Shown here: positions 23,241 through 36,900 of the stretch, in pieces
Layout: the number at the start of each line of letters is the position of its first letter
Numbering within the stretch: position 1 is the first letter of the stretch
Source of the DNA: Azolla caroliniana
Lineage: Eukaryota > Plantae > Polypodiophyta
Direction of reading: 5' to 3'
NCBI GenBank assembly: GCA_043228905.1
Contig: JBHGNT010000006.1
Span: 15,996,001-16,060,000, forward strand
DNA: 64,000 nucleotides
Program-made: the position numbers and the translations under genes
The notes under the pieces: model-generated
What the model was told of the DNA's origin: nothing
The model's database searches: none
Seen by the model: only the letters and a program-made list of their open reading frames with translations

Positions 23241-26200
23241 ATGTCGTATGAAGAGGAGGCACCGGTCAGTTGTAAGCGCCCTCGTACAAGGTCAGTTACG
23301 AAGGTAGTGCAGCAAGCGTTCCTTGCGCAAGAACAGCCGGAATCAAGCACAAAGTGGTCGAAACTTCCTGACTTATCCGATCAATTACCTTCAGACGAAA
23401 AACAGACGGAAGAGGTATCGTTTTACGACATTTGGGACGATATGCCTTATACTTATTCTAAGTTCCGGGAAGGAACATATGCGGAAGCACATCTTAGGGA
23501 TTTCTTAACGACATGGGAGATTAACCATGGAGCTCAGCGATTGTCGGCAGATGCCGAAGATAAGTCAAAAATCGCTGAGTTCGTCTTATCATTAGACGGA
23601 TATTCCGCTAATTGGTTTGCGCAGAACGGTCTTCAAGGATTTCCATCCTTTGAAGTGTTAACTAGTAAATTTTTACAATTATTTCATCAACAAATTCCGC
23701 AGAAGGATTTGATTGCGCAATTTTATGCGTTATATCAAGAAAAAAATGAAACAGTATCTCAGTTTGTGATACGATTTCAGAACTTACAGCTTCAGATTTC
23801 AAGGCCGATTCCGGATAAGGAATTAAAAGAAGTCTTTCTAGAAGCTGTAAAAGAACCATTAAGGACGACATTGAAAGTGTTCGATTTTCGAAATCAGACT
23901 ATCGAACAAGTCATTGATAAAGCAATAGAAATGGGTCGACCACCGGTCAATGTTCAGAGTATGGACATGTCGGCATTACACCGTACATTACCAACAATGG
24001 AGGAGTTACAATTTCGACAAGCAGTTCAATGCACCACTTGTTTAAATACGGGGCATTCGGCAATTGAATGTACGTTAAGAACACATTGTACAATATGTCA
24101 TTCAAAATTACATTTCGTAGAACAATGTGAATATAATCTGCTTAATAAGACTACGGCGTCAGTACGACAAATTTTTGCTGACAATGGTTACCAAAATAAC
24201 ACTAATCTGTTCCATGGTTATCAAAATAATAATTTTTCACAAAATCAGCAAAATGTACAACAGAATCCGGTTCTACAGCCAAATCAGATCTTTTCACAAC
24301 AAAATATGCAACCCACTCAAGTGACTCAAGCATTTCAACCAGGTTTTGCTCAATCCAACCCACCATTCGTACAGAATCCGAATCAATATTTTCAACAAAA
24401 TAATCAAAATTTCCAACAAGGTAACCCACCATTTCAAGGGTTTCAACAGAACTGTCCGAATGTGCAACCGAATTCTACATTTCAACCAAATCCGGCATTT
24501 CAACCGGGTAATATGACTTTTCAACATAATAATCAAACCGTTCCACAAAATAATCAAATGTTTCAACAGAGTAATTTTCCGCCAAATCAGGAGTTCAGGA
24601 TACCACACAATATAGCACAACCAAATGATAATACTGAACAATTTAGGCAGAATCGGTATAAAAACAAGAGATTTTACAAACCAAAAGCTACACGTCAATA
24701 CCAACAAAACCCGAATGGTAATGAAGAGCAGCAATTTAATAACGGGCAATATGCACATGGAGAGGCCAGTGCAACATTTGTGCCCACTTGTTACATTTGT
24801 CGACAACTAGGCCATTATGCTAATCAATGTCCGGTTAAAGGAAAGGGTCCAGCAGTTAATATGGTAATACCGGAAGTTCAGCAAGTAACGACACGCAGCA
24901 AAAGCAAACAATCAGAGTGGGAAATTCAGGAAGAAGTTCGGAAGGCGGCAAAAGAATGGGTGGATGAAGCAAATCAAAGTAATGTGAATCGAATGTTACA
25001 AGACAATAACATTGACCAGGACATCGCTGTACAACAGTCATTGGGGAATAAGGACCAGGAAGAAACTTGGAAACTGTTGGCTGATTGCCAAGTGTCATTG
25101 CCACTTACGGGCTTACTTAAGTTAGTACCAAGGTTTACAGAAAAAGTGGCAGCATTAATTGCATATAAAGGTTCCGAACAAATAGCAGTACACTACAATC
25201 AGCCAAGTAATAACCCTTCGATCATGGATGAACAAAATCCGTCGATTAAGGTAATACTTTACAGGCAAGAAATCGGAAATGTGATTATAGATGGAGGCTC
25301 GGGTGTTAATGTGATTAACAAAACTACATGTGAAAAACTGGGAATCACGGAATGGGAAGCATGTCCGTTTTGGTTACGAATGGCAGATACAAGTACGGTA
25401 CGACCGATTGGGTTGCTTCGACAACTGGATGTAATAATCGGGGGACACAGTTTTCCGATTTCGGCAGTAATTTTGCAGTTAGAAACACAGGGAGCATAGC
25501 CCTTGTTATTGGGGAGACCATGGTTAAAGACAGCTAATATTAAACAAAATTGGAAACAAAATGTGCTAACATTTAGGAAAGGAAAAAATAAGGTCAGGAT
25601 TCCGACGTACAAAGTGACAACAAGCAAACAGGGTTTACATGTACATGCATAAGCAGTTAATATGATGGAAGGATTGCACGAGGAAGAAGAAAGTCAGTAT
25701 TTTGATGATAATCAAAAAATCATCCCTCTATTTGAGGTAGATATTTTGCAAGCATTAACACCATATGTAGACTCACACGAAGAAGTGCCAATCGATGAGC
25801 AAACAATGAAAGAAATACGAATGCAACAAGAAGCTACAGATAAGGAAATGAAGGTATCTCAGAGAGTGCAAGCCTCAGCATTGGAGGAGATCGATTTGGT
25901 AGGAGTAGAGGATGCTGAAAGAAAAACAGTCTTGATTGCTAGAGATTTGACGGTAAATGACAAACGGACATTAACAACATTACTATTACAATATAAAGAT
26001 GTTTTTGCATGGTCGTTTGACGATATGAAAGGTCTGGATCCCGCTTTTTGTCAACATCAAATCAATTTGCATAAAGATGCAAAGCCAGTACAACAACGCA
26101 GGTACAGGTTGAATCCGAATTATGCTATCAAAGTAAAAGAAGAAATCGATAAACTCTTAAAAGTAGGATTTATTCGACCCGTCAAAAAATCAACATGGCT

Positions 26201-28730
26201 GAGTCCGATAGTAGTAGTCCCGAAAAAGAATGGGAAAATTCGCGTATGTGTGGATTACAGAAAATTGAATGCAGCGACAATTACGGATGCGTTTCCATTG
26301 CCATTCACAGATGGGATATTAGATGCAGTAGCGGGACATGAAATTTATAGTTTCTTGGATGGGTTCAGTGGGTACAACCAAGTACGGATGAATCCGGAAG
26401 ATCAGGAAAAGACAGCTTTCATCACAGAATGGAGTGTCTTTGTGGCAGTAGTCATGATGTTCGGTTTAAAAACAGCTCCAGCTACATTTCAGTGGGTAAT
26501 ACAGGAAATATTCGGGGAATATATTCCAGCTTTCATGCAGGTGTTTTTAGATGATTTTGCAGTATATAGTCGGAAAGCTGATCATTTTGAGCATTTACGG
26601 CTATGTTTAGAAAAATGTCGAAAAGGGCGTCTTAGTTTAAATCCAGCCAAATGCGCATTCGGAGTAATGAGTGGTACATTACTTGGGCATATTGTCAGTC
26701 AAGAAGGGATTGCAGTGGACCCAGACAAAGTTAAAGCAATTATTGAGGCAACACCACCAACAAATGCTAAAGCTCTAAGTAGATTTTTGGGTCAAATTCG
26801 GTGGCACAGTAGAATGATGAGATATCTAGCAGACATTGCTATTCCGTTACACACAGCAGTACACAAAGTTCCTTTTATATGGACAAGTATAGAACAAGAT
26901 GCATACGAATGTCTCAAGAAGATGCTGACAAAGGTTCCGGTAGTTCAACCACCGGACTGGAACAAACCATTTCATGTTTTCGTCGATGCGTCGGACATTG
27001 CCATAGGCAGTGCTTTAATGCAATTATCCGAACCAAACTGGTATAGGCCGGTATACTATGCCAGTAGGAAACTTTCGTCGGCCGAAAGAAACTATTCAAC
27101 AACCGAAAGAGAAGCTTTGGGAATGATATATAGTGTGAATAAATTTCGACATTACCTTTTGGGTAAGAAATTTACATTTCATGTGGATCATTCGGCTTTA
27201 CTGTATCTAGTTTCCAAACAAGAATTGACAGGCAAGTTAGCCCGATGGACGTTATTGCTTCAAGAGTTTGAATTCGACATTATACATCGACCAGGAGCAC
27301 AGCACGCGATTGCTAACTATCTCAGTCGGCTTGAGTCTGGAGAAGAAGCGGTTGGGGTTAAAGATGATTTTCCAGATACTCAATTATTTCGGGTTGAGGC
27401 AGTAAAAGCACATGAAGTGAATGAGGAAAAAGAGGATGAATGGATTTCCGAAATGACGATATTTCTATCAACAGGAATTCCGGCCGAACACATGTCCACA
27501 GATGAAAGAAAAAGAATTGCAGTACGAAGTCGCAATTTTTGTTTATTTAATGACATGTTGTATCATAAAGGAGCGGATGGAATATGGCGAAGGGCAGTAC
27601 GAAAATTTGAAAAATCAGCCATATTAACAGAGTCACATTGTGGAATTGCTGGCGGTCATTACGCAGGAGAAGCAACAGCCAGAAAAATATGGAATAGCGG
27701 GTTATGGTGGCCAACGGTGATGAAAGATGCTAACGAATACTGTAAGAAATGCGATTTGTGTCAAAGAATGGGGCAACCAACCGAAAAGGATCGAATGCCT
27801 TTTCAACCGGTTTTACCTCTTGAGCCATTTCAGAAATGGGGCTTAGATTTTGTTGGCCCATTCAAACCAGCAGCTGCAAGAACCGGTAATCGATATATCA
27901 TAGTTGCGACTGACTATTGCACAAAATGGGTTGAAGCAAAAGCTCTCAGGGACAATACAACAGCATCCACAGCAAAATTCCTGTATGAGAATATATGGTG
28001 TCGATTCGGTTGCCCAATAGAATTGGTAAGCGATCAAGGCACTCATTTTATTAACAAGTTAATTAATGAATTAACCAATTACTATGCCGTAGTTCATAAG
28101 AAAAGTACGTCTTACTATCCCCAAGCTAATGGATTGGCAGAATCGACAAATAAAACAATTCAAACAATTTTAAAGAAGATAGTGAATGAAAATCGTACTG
28201 ATTGGGATCAAAAGTTAAATAGTGCATTATGGGCATATCGTACTTCGTACAAAACATCCATAAAATCAACACCTTTCCGAATGGCATTCGGACTCGAAGC
28301 CGTTATGCCGATCGAATTTCAAATTCCGACACTTCGTATCCAAGCAACGAATAAGTTAAATGAAATAGAATCGGAGCAGATACGCAAAGAGGCTTTATTA
28401 GTATTAGAAGAAGAACGGATTCAATCAATGTCAGCACTAGAACATAAGCAGAGACAAATCAAGGCATTCGTAAATCGACATCGAAGGAAATCGGAAGAGC
28501 AATTCGAAATTGGGAAACCGGTATTGGTATTCCAGACGAGAATGGGACTTATGCCTGGGAAACTCCGGTATAGATGGACAGGTCCAGTATGGATAATTAA
28601 TAGTAAAAATGGTACGTACCAACTGGGATCATTAACCGGAGAGGTTTTACCGAAATGGGTCAATGGATTTCGGCTTAAACCGTATTTGGGAGATATGCCG
28701 GTAAATCCGTTTATTCAAACGGAAGAGTAA
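23241..28730 (+). pseudogene. B1 gag-pol polyprotein with in-frame stops near 25497 and 25649
   Basis: ORFs 23241-25499 and 25662-28730 in the same frame; all gag/PR/RT/RH/INT motifs present. Confidence 0.95.
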
Positions 28731-28776
28731 AAATATATATATATATATATAAATAAAATAAAATAAAATAAAATAA
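28729..28776 (+). repeat. (TA)n/(AAAAT)n tract after the pol stop
   Basis: Directly visible. Confidence 0.9.
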
Positions 28777-29164
28777 CTAACTAACTCACTCAATAGTTCT
28801 TGTCAAATGCAGAAATACAATCTTGCCATAACAATATGAATCGACTATAAATAGAAAGAGGAACTGCATGATTATTAGTAAGGAGTACAACCACTACACG
28901 TAGAGTGAATACTAATTAATTCCTACATTAATAGCAATTACTATTCTTTAAGTCATCATGCATAAGTTAATATCTTTAAAGCATATTTCTGTATCGTCTG
29001 TGTCGCCAAAACAACAGAAACGAGTGAAGATATCGAAACAGTGTGAGCCTCCTTCATGCCCTAGTTCGCCCAAACTCTGTTTTTCTGATTTTCATCGCTA
29101 CAGAAACTGTGCAGATCTGCAATTGTCATCGACAAGTGATTCAGAACAAGGAAACATAGAAGTC

Positions 29165-31616
29165 ATGCCGATTCCTGTATCTGAAGAACTGCGATTGTGG
29201 CTTCATGAAAGAAACTTAGAAGGTTTCATCAAAGTAGCAGAAGCGGAACCTCATCCGCAGGCAGAAGAATTGGTACAACAAATAGACATCACCAAAATCA
29301 CCACAAAGAAAATACGAAATGCATTACAGATGCCAAGAGGAGGCTTTGAGGCAGTTAAAAAACCTTCATCAGAAGCACTCCAATCGTATTTTGGGGAATA
29401 CTCACCCTCGGCAAAAGCATATCAGACTTATGGAGGTCGGGATGAGTTTTTTCATGAAGTGGCTAGATTTTTATTAGAGGTGGGATTTGTCAGTCCTCGT
29501 TTTTATTGTATGCCGAAAAAAAGGGTTGGGTTTATCATAGCCGCATACGAAAAAGAGGATTTCAATTGGCCACTATTGTCAGGGGAAGCTCTGAGAGAGC
29601 AGCTACAAGGGGTAAAAACAGGAAAACCGATGAAGCAAATTTTTGGTCGTTGGTTATCGGTATTGTTTCCGATTCAAGAATCGGAAACTCCTGTTCATTC
29701 ACGAAGACCACCGATAGTACAAGCACCACGAAGACACCGACAGGTAGTACATGAAGAATGGATAGAAGAAGAATCGGCACATGCCGATAATATACAAACA
29801 AATATGCCTCAGTCGGAACCACCAAGACCAGAGAATTCCGAAAACAGGCAACCAGCAGCAGAACAAGAAACAGTTGACAATTTGATAAACAAGCAACAGC
29901 CGACAGAAAATCGACAACAAGCAGAGAAGATGCGACAAAGAACGAGGATTAAACAAAAGGCTAATCGGCAATTCCAACCAGAAAACAGTGAGGGATCAGC
30001 ACCGAAAAGGCAACGCACAAATGAAAATTCGAATACGCCTGTGGTAACAGAAGTACTAAAACCAGGGAATGAGAGCGTTTCGACACAACCTCACCAAGGA
30101 CAATCTTCAAAAGTAGCAATTCGGGAAGCACATGGGTACTTGGATATCCCACCAGCAGCACATGAATTAGCTGCCATTTTACAGTTCGGAACTTCATACG
30201 AACTGGTTGAATGGTTGGCTAAAAGACTGACAGAAGTATCAGAACGGTTGGCTCAAGAACATAATGACCGAATAATGATACAGAAAGCCTTACGAGGAGT
30301 GTTGGAACCTCAAGAAAAAGCAGAGATAGAAAAAATAGGCCGGAAAAGAAGTGCACAGAATAAAGGGGAGGCTATTGAAATGCCACCATTACATGGAGCA
30401 CTGGTCGAAATTCATAAAGAATATGAAACGGTACGCAAAGAAGCCAGTGATATGGCTGAAAGATACAAAAGTGTATCAGCATCGGCGGAGGTGCTGAAAC
30501 ATCAGTTTTGTAACATACAGGCAGAAAATAAAGAACTAAAGGAAAGTCTAAACAAATGGGAAACACAGGCACGGCTTATGGTGTCGGAGTCAGAATGGCA
30601 GCAGAAATTGGAGGACGCTGAGAAAGCACGTCAAGCAGAAACAACAAGGGCCACCAATGCTGTATTTCGAACTACAGAATTAGAAAAACAAATAGAAACC
30701 ATTCAGAATGGTCAATACAAAGTTCTCGAAGAAAAAAATCAAGTAATAAACGAATTACACAAAAATCTAGAAGAAGCTAAGACGGCCAATCATACATATA
30801 CCGAACAAATTGAAGAATTCGAAAGGTATAGTGTCACAGGAAAGTCAATTGACAGAAAAAGAGCGGAGTCTTGAAGAAGTCAACAGAAGAATGACGGAAC
30901 AGCAGGAGGAATGGAGTAAAGAGAAATCGGCATTAGAACAACAACTGGACGAAATTCGGAAGATATCGGAACAAAGACGGCTGGATATATATGTAGTCGA
31001 ATCCAAACTAATGCGAGCTGAAAGTGAGAACCGAACCACTATTACGGATTTACAGAAAGAGTTGCAGACCGCCCAATACGTCGCAAGCATCACTAGGGAC
31101 AAAGTGCAGCACATCATAGGGAAACATCGAAACCTAGCAAAGAAAATGATCGATGAATCCCTTGCGCAAGGATGGAAGTTATGGACAGCACAAACGGCGG
31201 AATTACAGTTATTGCGTGCCGACAAAAATAACCGTCAGGTCCAAGGTGCAGGTTTTTTTTAAATGGCACAAAAGGATATTGACAATATCCAAGAGGATAT
31301 CATGAAAGATATGGACAAAATTGCGGCATTTTACAGAGAAGAAATTCAACGTATTATGCAAGAATTCGACAAAAATGATATAGGCACTTCCGTCCAGTTG
31401 GATAAAATCGAAGCCAAAAGAACCAGCAAGACTCCTGGTATTCAAGCTTCCGGAAGAAGCGAACCAGAGCAGCCAACCGAATCACAACCTGCTCCGAAGG
31501 ACGACTGTGACACAGATGAAGATGAAGAGGAAGATATAGGTGGAATACATCCAAGGCCAGATGAGCCTTCGATTTTTGATATTCTGAACGATTCAGATGA
31601 AGAGCTACAGGAATAG
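29165..31616 (+). pseudogene. B1 third ORF (coiled-coil protein), frameshifted near 30830 and 31260
   Basis: ORFs 28958-30874, 30810-31262 and 31263-31616 are collinear with B2 ORF3 and homologous to A1 ORF3. Confidence 0.88.
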
Positions 31617-31658
31617 GCGTGGGTTCGCTGGACAAGGTCCTGGCCCACGGACGTGCCA
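31617..31658 (+). other. tRNA-Arg-like 3' half ending in CCA at the position of the PPT (B1)
   Basis: GCGTGGGTTCG-CTGGACAAGGTCCTG-GCCCACGGACGTGCCA, then AG, then the LTR. Confidence 0.78.
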
Positions 31659-31660
31659 AG

Positions 31661-32117
31661 TGTTACCCGGACCCGGACAGTCAGTTTTACCGAACAAGTG
31701 GGAAAGCGTCGAAAACAGAGTCGGTTCGGATCGACTGTTCGGAGCAATGACTCAGCAGTAAACGAAGAGAACTAAGTTAGTTAGATAATTTTGTAAATCT
31801 TGATAGTAAGTAGGAATAGTTCTTGATGAGAAAAGACCTTCTGTATACCTATAAAAGGGAACCGAAGGCATTGTAAGAAAGGTCGTTTTATTTAGTAATA
31901 TAAGTTTAAGTTAGGAATATCTTGTACGGATTCTGTGTTCCTTCTATTGTCTATGATCTTAAGTGTAAGCTTCCTAATTTATAACTAAGTAACGATCACG
32001 GTAATTACCGATTAATATAGTATAATTCCGTTCGTAAAACACAATTCCTTGTTAGAACGTTGAGTAGCGACGTTCACTCTTCTGTATCGGTAGTAGTTAG
32101 TAATTAGCCGATTAACA
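31661..32117 (+). repeat. B1 3' LTR
   Basis: Repeat of 22725-23181 with a few substitutions. Confidence 0.96.
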
Positions 32118-32122
32118 TCGAG

Positions 32123-33357
32123 GTAGAGCAGCTGGACGTGAAGACGACATTCCTTCATGGTGACCTCAAAGAGTAGATCTACATGGAGCAACCAGAAGGA
32201 TTCGTGGAGAAAGGGAAGGAGCACCTCATTTGCCGGTTGAAGAAGAGCCTCTACGGGTTGAAGCAGGCCCCCCGGCAATGGTACTGGAAGTTCGACTCCT
32301 TCATGACCGATCAAGGGTACCACAAGACGTAGGCCGATCACTGCGTGTTTGTGAAGAAGTTCGAAGGAGGCGACTTCCTGATACTCCTTCTGTAGGTGGA
32401 CAACATGTTGATCGTCGGACGGGACCAAGCCAAAATGCGGATGCTGAAGAAGGCCCTCAACCGAACCTTCTCAATGAAAGACTTGGGTTCGGCAAGACAG
32501 ATGCTGGGGATGCCTATCATCCGGAACCGGGCAATGAAGCAATTGTGGCTGTAACAGGAGAAGTACATGACAAAGGTGCTTCAGCGGTTCAACATGTTGG
32601 AAGCGAAACCGGTCGGATTGACACTCCCGACAAACTGTAGATTATCCGGTAAGCAAAACCCGAAGACGAAAGCAGAGAAGGGTGATATGATGAAGGTTCC
32701 CTATGCCTTTGCCATCGGGAGCTTAATGTACGCAATGGTGTGTACCCGATCGGATATAGGATACGCAGTCGGAGTGGTGAGCCGGTTTATGAGCAATCCC
32801 GGCAAGGAGCACTGGAACACGGTGAAATGGATACTCCGGTACTTGAAGGGCACTTCGAATATGTGTCTCTGATTCGGCTCTGGAAAACCTCAACTTGATG
32901 GTTTTACCGATTCGGACATGTCGGCTGATGTGGATACCAGCCGGTCTACATCCGGGTATGTAATGATATATGCAGGGGGAGCAGTTTCGTGGCAGTCGAG
33001 GCTGCAGAAGACAGTTGCGTTGTCATCCACGGAGGCGGAGTACATGGCGGTTGTGGTAGCCGGCAAAGAAATATTATGGATGAAGGATTTCATTTGAGAG
33101 CTCGGTATCTGGCAAGATGAATACCAGCTCTATTGCGACAGTCAAAGGGCCATCCACCTTGCTAAGAATGCGGCCTACCTTTCCCAGACGAAGCATATCC
33201 AGCGTAGGTATCACTGTATCGGGGAAAGAGTAGATGACCAGGAGCTCGCGCTAACGAAGATCTACACGGCCGAGAACGGGTCAGATATGCTCACCAAAGT
33301 ACTGACACCCGCCAAGTTGGATGCATGTCGGAAGCGGATCGGACTACTAAGACATCG
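32123..33357 (+). pseudogene. D1 Copia RT(3')-RNase H, degraded
   Basis: [42 protein letters not shown]. Confidence 0.92.
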
Positions 33358-33970
33358 CTCCGGATGGGAATGGAGAATCGGATGAGGAGTACCCGGTAAC
33401 GCAAGACCTGGTGAGAACCGGATGAGTAGTACCCGGAAACGGAAGACCCGTTGAGAACCGGATGATGAGTGCCCGGCAGGCACCGGATGATGTAGGCCCG
33501 GTGAGGAGTGCTCACCGTATGAAGGGACATATTTGTAAATATGTTTTCTAAGAGTCCATCGGGGCTATATTCGTAAATAGCCGAAAAGTCATATTAGTAT
33601 AAATATGACTTAGGGAAAACTTAGTATAATAATGTTGTTGTCATTCTTGTTGGCGCAAGATTAGAGTGCGTAACTGTGTACAGAGAGAGAGAGGGAGAGG
33701 AAGAGGTCGTTGCCTCTGTTGTAACCGCCGCTTGTGGCGAAGAGAGCAAGCTCGAGGTCGTTGCCTCGGTGCTTCTCTATTTTACATTCGGATATAGTGA
33801 TAGTTGCAAGCTGTGGGCTGTCGTGGTTTTTCCCTAGTTTGGGTTTCGACATTAACATCATGTGTACTCTTCTCTTCCATGTGTCGTACATTCATTCCCG
33901 TTTTCTGTGTTGGATTCTAAGCTCGGTTGTGGCCGAGCGTTGTTGATCGGAGAGCGTGTAGTTCCTGTCA
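33358..33970 (+). repeat. Middle Copia LTR (D2-type), lacking its first ~16 nt
   Basis: Starts at CTCCGGATGGGAA; variant positions resemble 38040-38729 more than 19220-19894. Confidence 0.88.
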
Positions 33971-33987
33971 AAGTAGTATCAGAGCAA

Positions 33988-36900
33988 ATGACACAGAAAA
34001 TAGACGAATCATTGGGCGGCATGTTCAAGCTCACCGGCTCCAACTATTCCGTGTGGATGTCGAAGATGAGGGACATGCTCGTGGTTAAAGATCTTTGGTT
34101 GCCAGTTAAGTTCGGGGACAACACACCGGACAAAATCGACGCCACGATATGGAAGGTGATGCACATGAAGACAACGGCGTACATACGGTGCTTCATCGAC
34201 ATGAGCCTATACAACAACTTCAATGAAGAGAGCAAGGCTGATGAGCTCAGGGAGAAGATCGGCATTATGTTTCAGAACAAAAATGTTGTTAACCATGTTT
34301 CGGTATTCGAGAAGCTAGTAAGACTCTGGTACCAAGATGGCTCCAGCATTGCAGAGCACATGAATGCCTTCCAGGGGCTGATACACTAGGCAACATCATT
34401 GGAAGTACCTCTCGTCGACGGGGTACTAGCGCTATTCTTGCTCGGTTCCCTCCCAGATAGCTAGGAGACGTTGGTTGTCACTTTAGGCAACGCCGGGCTG
34501 GAAGGGAAACGATTATCCCTAGCAAGAGTAAAGTCGAGCTTGCTAGATGAGGAGGCACGTCTCAAAGATAAGGATACGAGCTCTGACTCCAAAGCGCTCC
34601 TTACAGGATCGGAACGCGGAAGACAAAGGAACCGTAGTCCCCAGAACCGGGAGAAGTCGGGGACATGGTCAAAGTCAAAGGGGAGGCCTACTTGCTTCTA
34701 TTGCGGCAAGACGAGACACTTCCAGAAGATCTGTCAGCATTTTCGAAAAGACAAGGAAACCGACGGTACCGATTCAAAGCAGACACCGGACCGGAACGGT
34801 AAAGACCGGAGACGACCGGACCGGAAGGGAACGACGGCAATCGCGGCAAGTGAAGAAGAGTTGATGCTCATCATTGAGGAGAGTGAGCTAAACCTTGTCG
34901 GCAACAAGATGAGCTGGGTGGTCGACTCTGGAGTGTCGGTCCACCTTACCCCGGACCGGAAATGCTTCTCCTCCTACTGAGCCGATGGTCACGGCTGTGT
35001 CCAGATGGGGAATGAAGGTACATGCCGAATTGTCGGCATAGGAGACATGTGGTTGACAACACCAACCAGATGCAAGCTGCTGCGGAAGGATGTCTGACAC
35101 GTTCCAGAGGTTCGTCTGAACTTGATATCAGCAGGTCGGCTAAATAATGAAAGCTACATGGGTAGCATCCGGAACGGTGTTATGAAATTGAGCAAAGGGA
35201 GTCTAATTGTGGCTCGAGCCCAGAAGGTAAACACGTTGTACCTGATGAATGCCCGGTTATGCCCGGAAGACGTGAATGTAGCATCTGATACAGCCAGTGA
35301 GTTGTGGCACAAGAGGTTGTGTCACATGAGCGAGAAGAGAATGAAGAGGCTTGCCAACGACAACCTCATTCCAGTGAAGAACGTGCACTTGGAGAAGTGC
35401 ACGGATTGTTTGGCTGGTAAACAAAACCGGACCTCTTTCTGATCGAGGCCACCGATAAGACGTAATGCACCACTGGAGTTGGTGCATATTTATGTATGTC
35501 AAGTTGACACAAAGTCACATGCTGGATCGCAGTACTTCATGACGTTCATAGATGATCATAGCCGGAAGCTATGGGCCACACCGTTGAAGACGAAGGATAA
35601 GGTGTCATCCGTCTTCAAAGAGCTCCACGCGAGAGTGGAAAGAGAAACCAGCCGGAACCTGAAGGCGGTTCGAGCAGATAACGGAGGTGAATACCGGGGG
35701 TAGCTCGAGGAGTACTGTCACTCAATGGGAATCCGGCTCGAATTTACCGTGCCGAAGACGTCGTAACTAAAAGGGTTGGCCGAGAGGATGAACCAGACCA
35801 TAATGGAGAGGGTTCGGGGTATGTTGGCGCATGCAAAACTACCTAAGAAGTTTTGGGCTGAGGCACTGTTGACGGTGACATATGTGATAAACAGATCACC
35901 CTCAGTACCCTTGGACGGAGACACGCCACAGAGAGTCTGGACCGGTAGGGAAGTGTCCTACCGGCATCTGAAGGTATTCGGGTATATTGCGTATGTGCAT
36001 GTAGCTAAGGACCAGAGAGGAAAACTAGATCCGAAGAACCGGCCATGCATATTCCTCAGTTACGGCGACGATGAATTCGGCTACCAAGTGTGGGACCTGG
36101 TCGACAAGAAGGTATTCCGGAGTCGAGATATTATCTTCATGGAGGACAAGACGCTCCCGACTGGGAGTCAAAGAAGAAGATAATGAACTCTAAGTCGACC
36201 AGTAAGGATCGATTCTACAATGAGCAGACCCAAACGACAAGAGACCGGTTAGCACTCGAGGAACCAGCTGGTTATGGTGAGGATACCGAACCGGTAGAAG
36301 AAGTAGAGGAAGCTGAAACCGGAACCGGCCAAGACCCCGAATCGGATTCGGATGAAGAGAAAATGGAGGATCCGGTTACCGAAGCCCAAAGTTGGAGATA
36401 TCCTCTAAGAGAGAGAAGGCCCACCCGGAGATTTCCCAATGCTAACCGATGAGGGGGAGCTAGAAAGCTTCGAAGAAGCGAAGGATGACACCCACAACCG
36501 AAAATGGTTAAGTGCCATGCAGGATGAGATGGATTCCCTGCATGAGAACCATACATACGAATTGGTGGAGTTGCCGAAAGGAGAGCGAGCACTCCGAAAC
36601 AAGTGGGACCAGTGTAGAAGTTGAAACCGGGAGATGCCGGCAACCCCTCGAGATACAAAGCCAGGATCGTGGTGAAGGGGTTCCACCAGAAGAAGGGCGT
36701 GGACTTTGACGAGATATTTGCCCCGGTAGTAGGGTTTGACCTCCCTCCAGACGGTGCTGAGTATAGCGACAAGCATGGACCTCGAGGTAGAGCAGCTAGA
36801 CGTGAAGACGACATTGCTTCACGGTGACCTCGAAGAGGAGATCTACATGCATCAATCGGAAGGATTCGTGGAGAAAGGGAAGGAGCAACTGGTTTGCCGG

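Larger units (their letters stand above)
22725..32117 (+). mobile_element. Full-length Ty3/Gypsy element B1 (AT-rich relative of family A)
   Basis: 457-bp LTRs; TSD TCGAG (22720-22724 and 32118-32122); splits Copia RT at MDLE|VEQLDVKT. Confidence 0.97.
19220..33357 (+). mobile_element. Ty1/Copia element D1 (3' LTR lost; interrupted by B1)
   Basis: LTR 19220-19894, iMet PBS, domain order gag-PR-INT-RT-RH. Confidence 0.92.
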
